From the NCBI GenBank assembly GCA_963748215.1, contig CAVVHS010000009.1:160001-224000 (forward strand): a DNA stretch of 64,000 nt, in the 5' to 3' direction. Of this stretch, positions 62,970-64,000 are shown in pieces; position 1 is the first letter of the stretch, and every line of letters starts with the position of its first letter. The notes beneath the pieces were generated by a model, which saw nothing but the letters and a program-made list of their open reading frames with translations, was not told where the DNA came from and did not search any database. Source of the stretch: an uncultured Gammaproteobacteria bacterium (GTDB lineage Bacteria > Pseudomonadota > Gammaproteobacteria > UBA9214). The position numbers were made by a program, and so were the translations under genes.

Positions 62970-63224
62970 ATGTCGAAAAAATCCTCGACGCTCAAGCGAG
63001 CCAGTCAGGCGATGCCCGGTTTTGTGAAGCAGGCGCTGAACGAACGAGGCCTGATGTCGGACTACCTGGCGCGTCCGGCCTATCAGCAGAACGACTATCT
63101 CGGCTGGATCAACAGGGCGAAACAACAGGTGACCAGGGAAAGGCGGCTCCGGCAGATGCTGGATGAGCTGGAGGCCGGCGGCATATACATGAAGATGAAG
63201 CATGCACCGTCAGCGAGGCGCTGA
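62970..63224 (+). CDS. YdeI/OmpD-associated family protein
   Basis: RPAYQQNDYLGWI.RAK..TR.RRL.QMLDEL..G..YM motif. Confidence 0.82.
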   Translation: MSKKSSTLKRASQAMPGFVKQALNERGLMSDYLARPAYQQNDYLGWINRAKQQVTRERRLRQMLDELEAGGIYMKMKHAPSARR

Positions 63225-63421
63225 GTACACCCGGTCGCACGGACAGACAGGCCGGCAGTCGTGCAGTCAGGTGGTGCACAAGGCCGTTGTCTGGCTGGCC
63301 AGAGCAGTGCCGGTACAGCTGAAACCGCAGTCCCGGTCGAGTTGAACCAAGCCCTCAACGGTGGTGTTTGCGCGGCTATTTCCCTAATATGGTCTCGGCT
63401 TTCTTACGGGTAATGTCAATC

Positions 63422-63631
63422 ATGAAAAACACAGCATTGCTGCAAGTCCTGGCCATCTCGCTGGCAGTTTCCGGTTGTGCGGCCAGCCTGGTGTACGATA
63501 CAGGTCGCAGCTGGAAGCAGCAGGAGTGTTACAAGCTCACGGACCAGTACGAGCGGCAGCGCTGCCTGCAGTCCTCGGCCATGACCTACGAAGAGTACCG
63601 CAGGACGCTGGCTAAAGAGCAGGCCAGGTAG
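63422..63631 (+). CDS. Small lipoprotein
   Basis: Lipobox VSGC, two further Cys, TYEEY motif. Confidence 0.7.
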   Translation: MKNTALLQVLAISLAVSGCAASLVYDTGRSWKQQECYKLTDQYERQRCLQSSAMTYEEYRRTLAKEQAR

Positions 63632-63636
63632 TCGCC

Positions 63637-64000
63637 ATGCCCGCGATCAACCACCGCGTCGGTATCAGGGGCTCATTGCACGATGTCTACACGGCTCTGA
63701 CCACGGACGACGGCCTGTCGCGCTGGTGGACAACGGACACCCGGGGGGCAGGTGCGGCCGGTTCCGTCATCCGCTTCCGGTTCAACGGTGGCGGGCCGGA
63801 CTTCGAGGTTGTCGAGTTGCAGCCCGATACGCGGGTGCGCTGGCGCCACTCCGGTTCCATGCCGGAAGACTGGATGGGCACGGAGATTTCCTTCGAGCTG
63901 ACACCGGCGGATGACCAGGTCTTCGTGCGTTTCCGGCACAGCGGCTGGCAGGCGGAAAGTGATTTCATGGCACACTGCAGCACCAAGTGGGGCGTGTTCC
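63637..64000 (+). CDS. SRPBCC/AHSA1 domain protein (truncated by window end)
   Basis: VYTALTT.DGLSRWW, WMGTEISFEL, VRFRHSGW, HCSTKW; open to window end. Confidence 0.88.
   Translation, partial: MPAINHRVGIRGSLHDVYTALTTDDGLSRWWTTDTRGAGAAGSVIRFRFNGGGPDFEVVELQPDTRVRWRHSGSMPEDWMGTEISFELTPADDQVFVRFRHSGWQAESDFMAHCSTKWGVF

Overview
GC-rich gammaproteobacterial chromosome segment. A SoxH-like gene and several VPLPA-CTERM genes suggest a sulfur-oxidiser, but this is inference. 0-12 kb: a TonB-receptor/YfiR/GGDEF-EAL operon, housekeeping genes and intergenic regions crowded with REP-like repeats. 12.3-44.4 kb: the complete tRNA-tuf-secE-nusG-rplKAJL-rpoBC-str-S10-spc-alpha supercluster. Seven genes in it carry small frameshifts, probably sequencing errors, and RpoB has a ~57-aa lineage-specific insertion. 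44.4-57.2 kb: a visibly AT-richer accessory region. Its 48.6-56.3 kb part is a row of unrelated gene modules (four VPLPA-CTERM genes, a Na/Pi cotransporter, a YcfJ-like gene, then a Nu1-like gene). The modules are separated by a conserved ~89-bp palindromic repeat with an ungapped 65-bp core; a related short unit is interrupted by a MITE. This integrase-less, cassette-like array is the best candidate for an undescribed system. 57-64 kb: a LuxR-type regulator/cytochrome b pair, an L,D-transpeptidase, a fifth VPLPA-CTERM gene and small genes. All calls are by eye; no database search was run.
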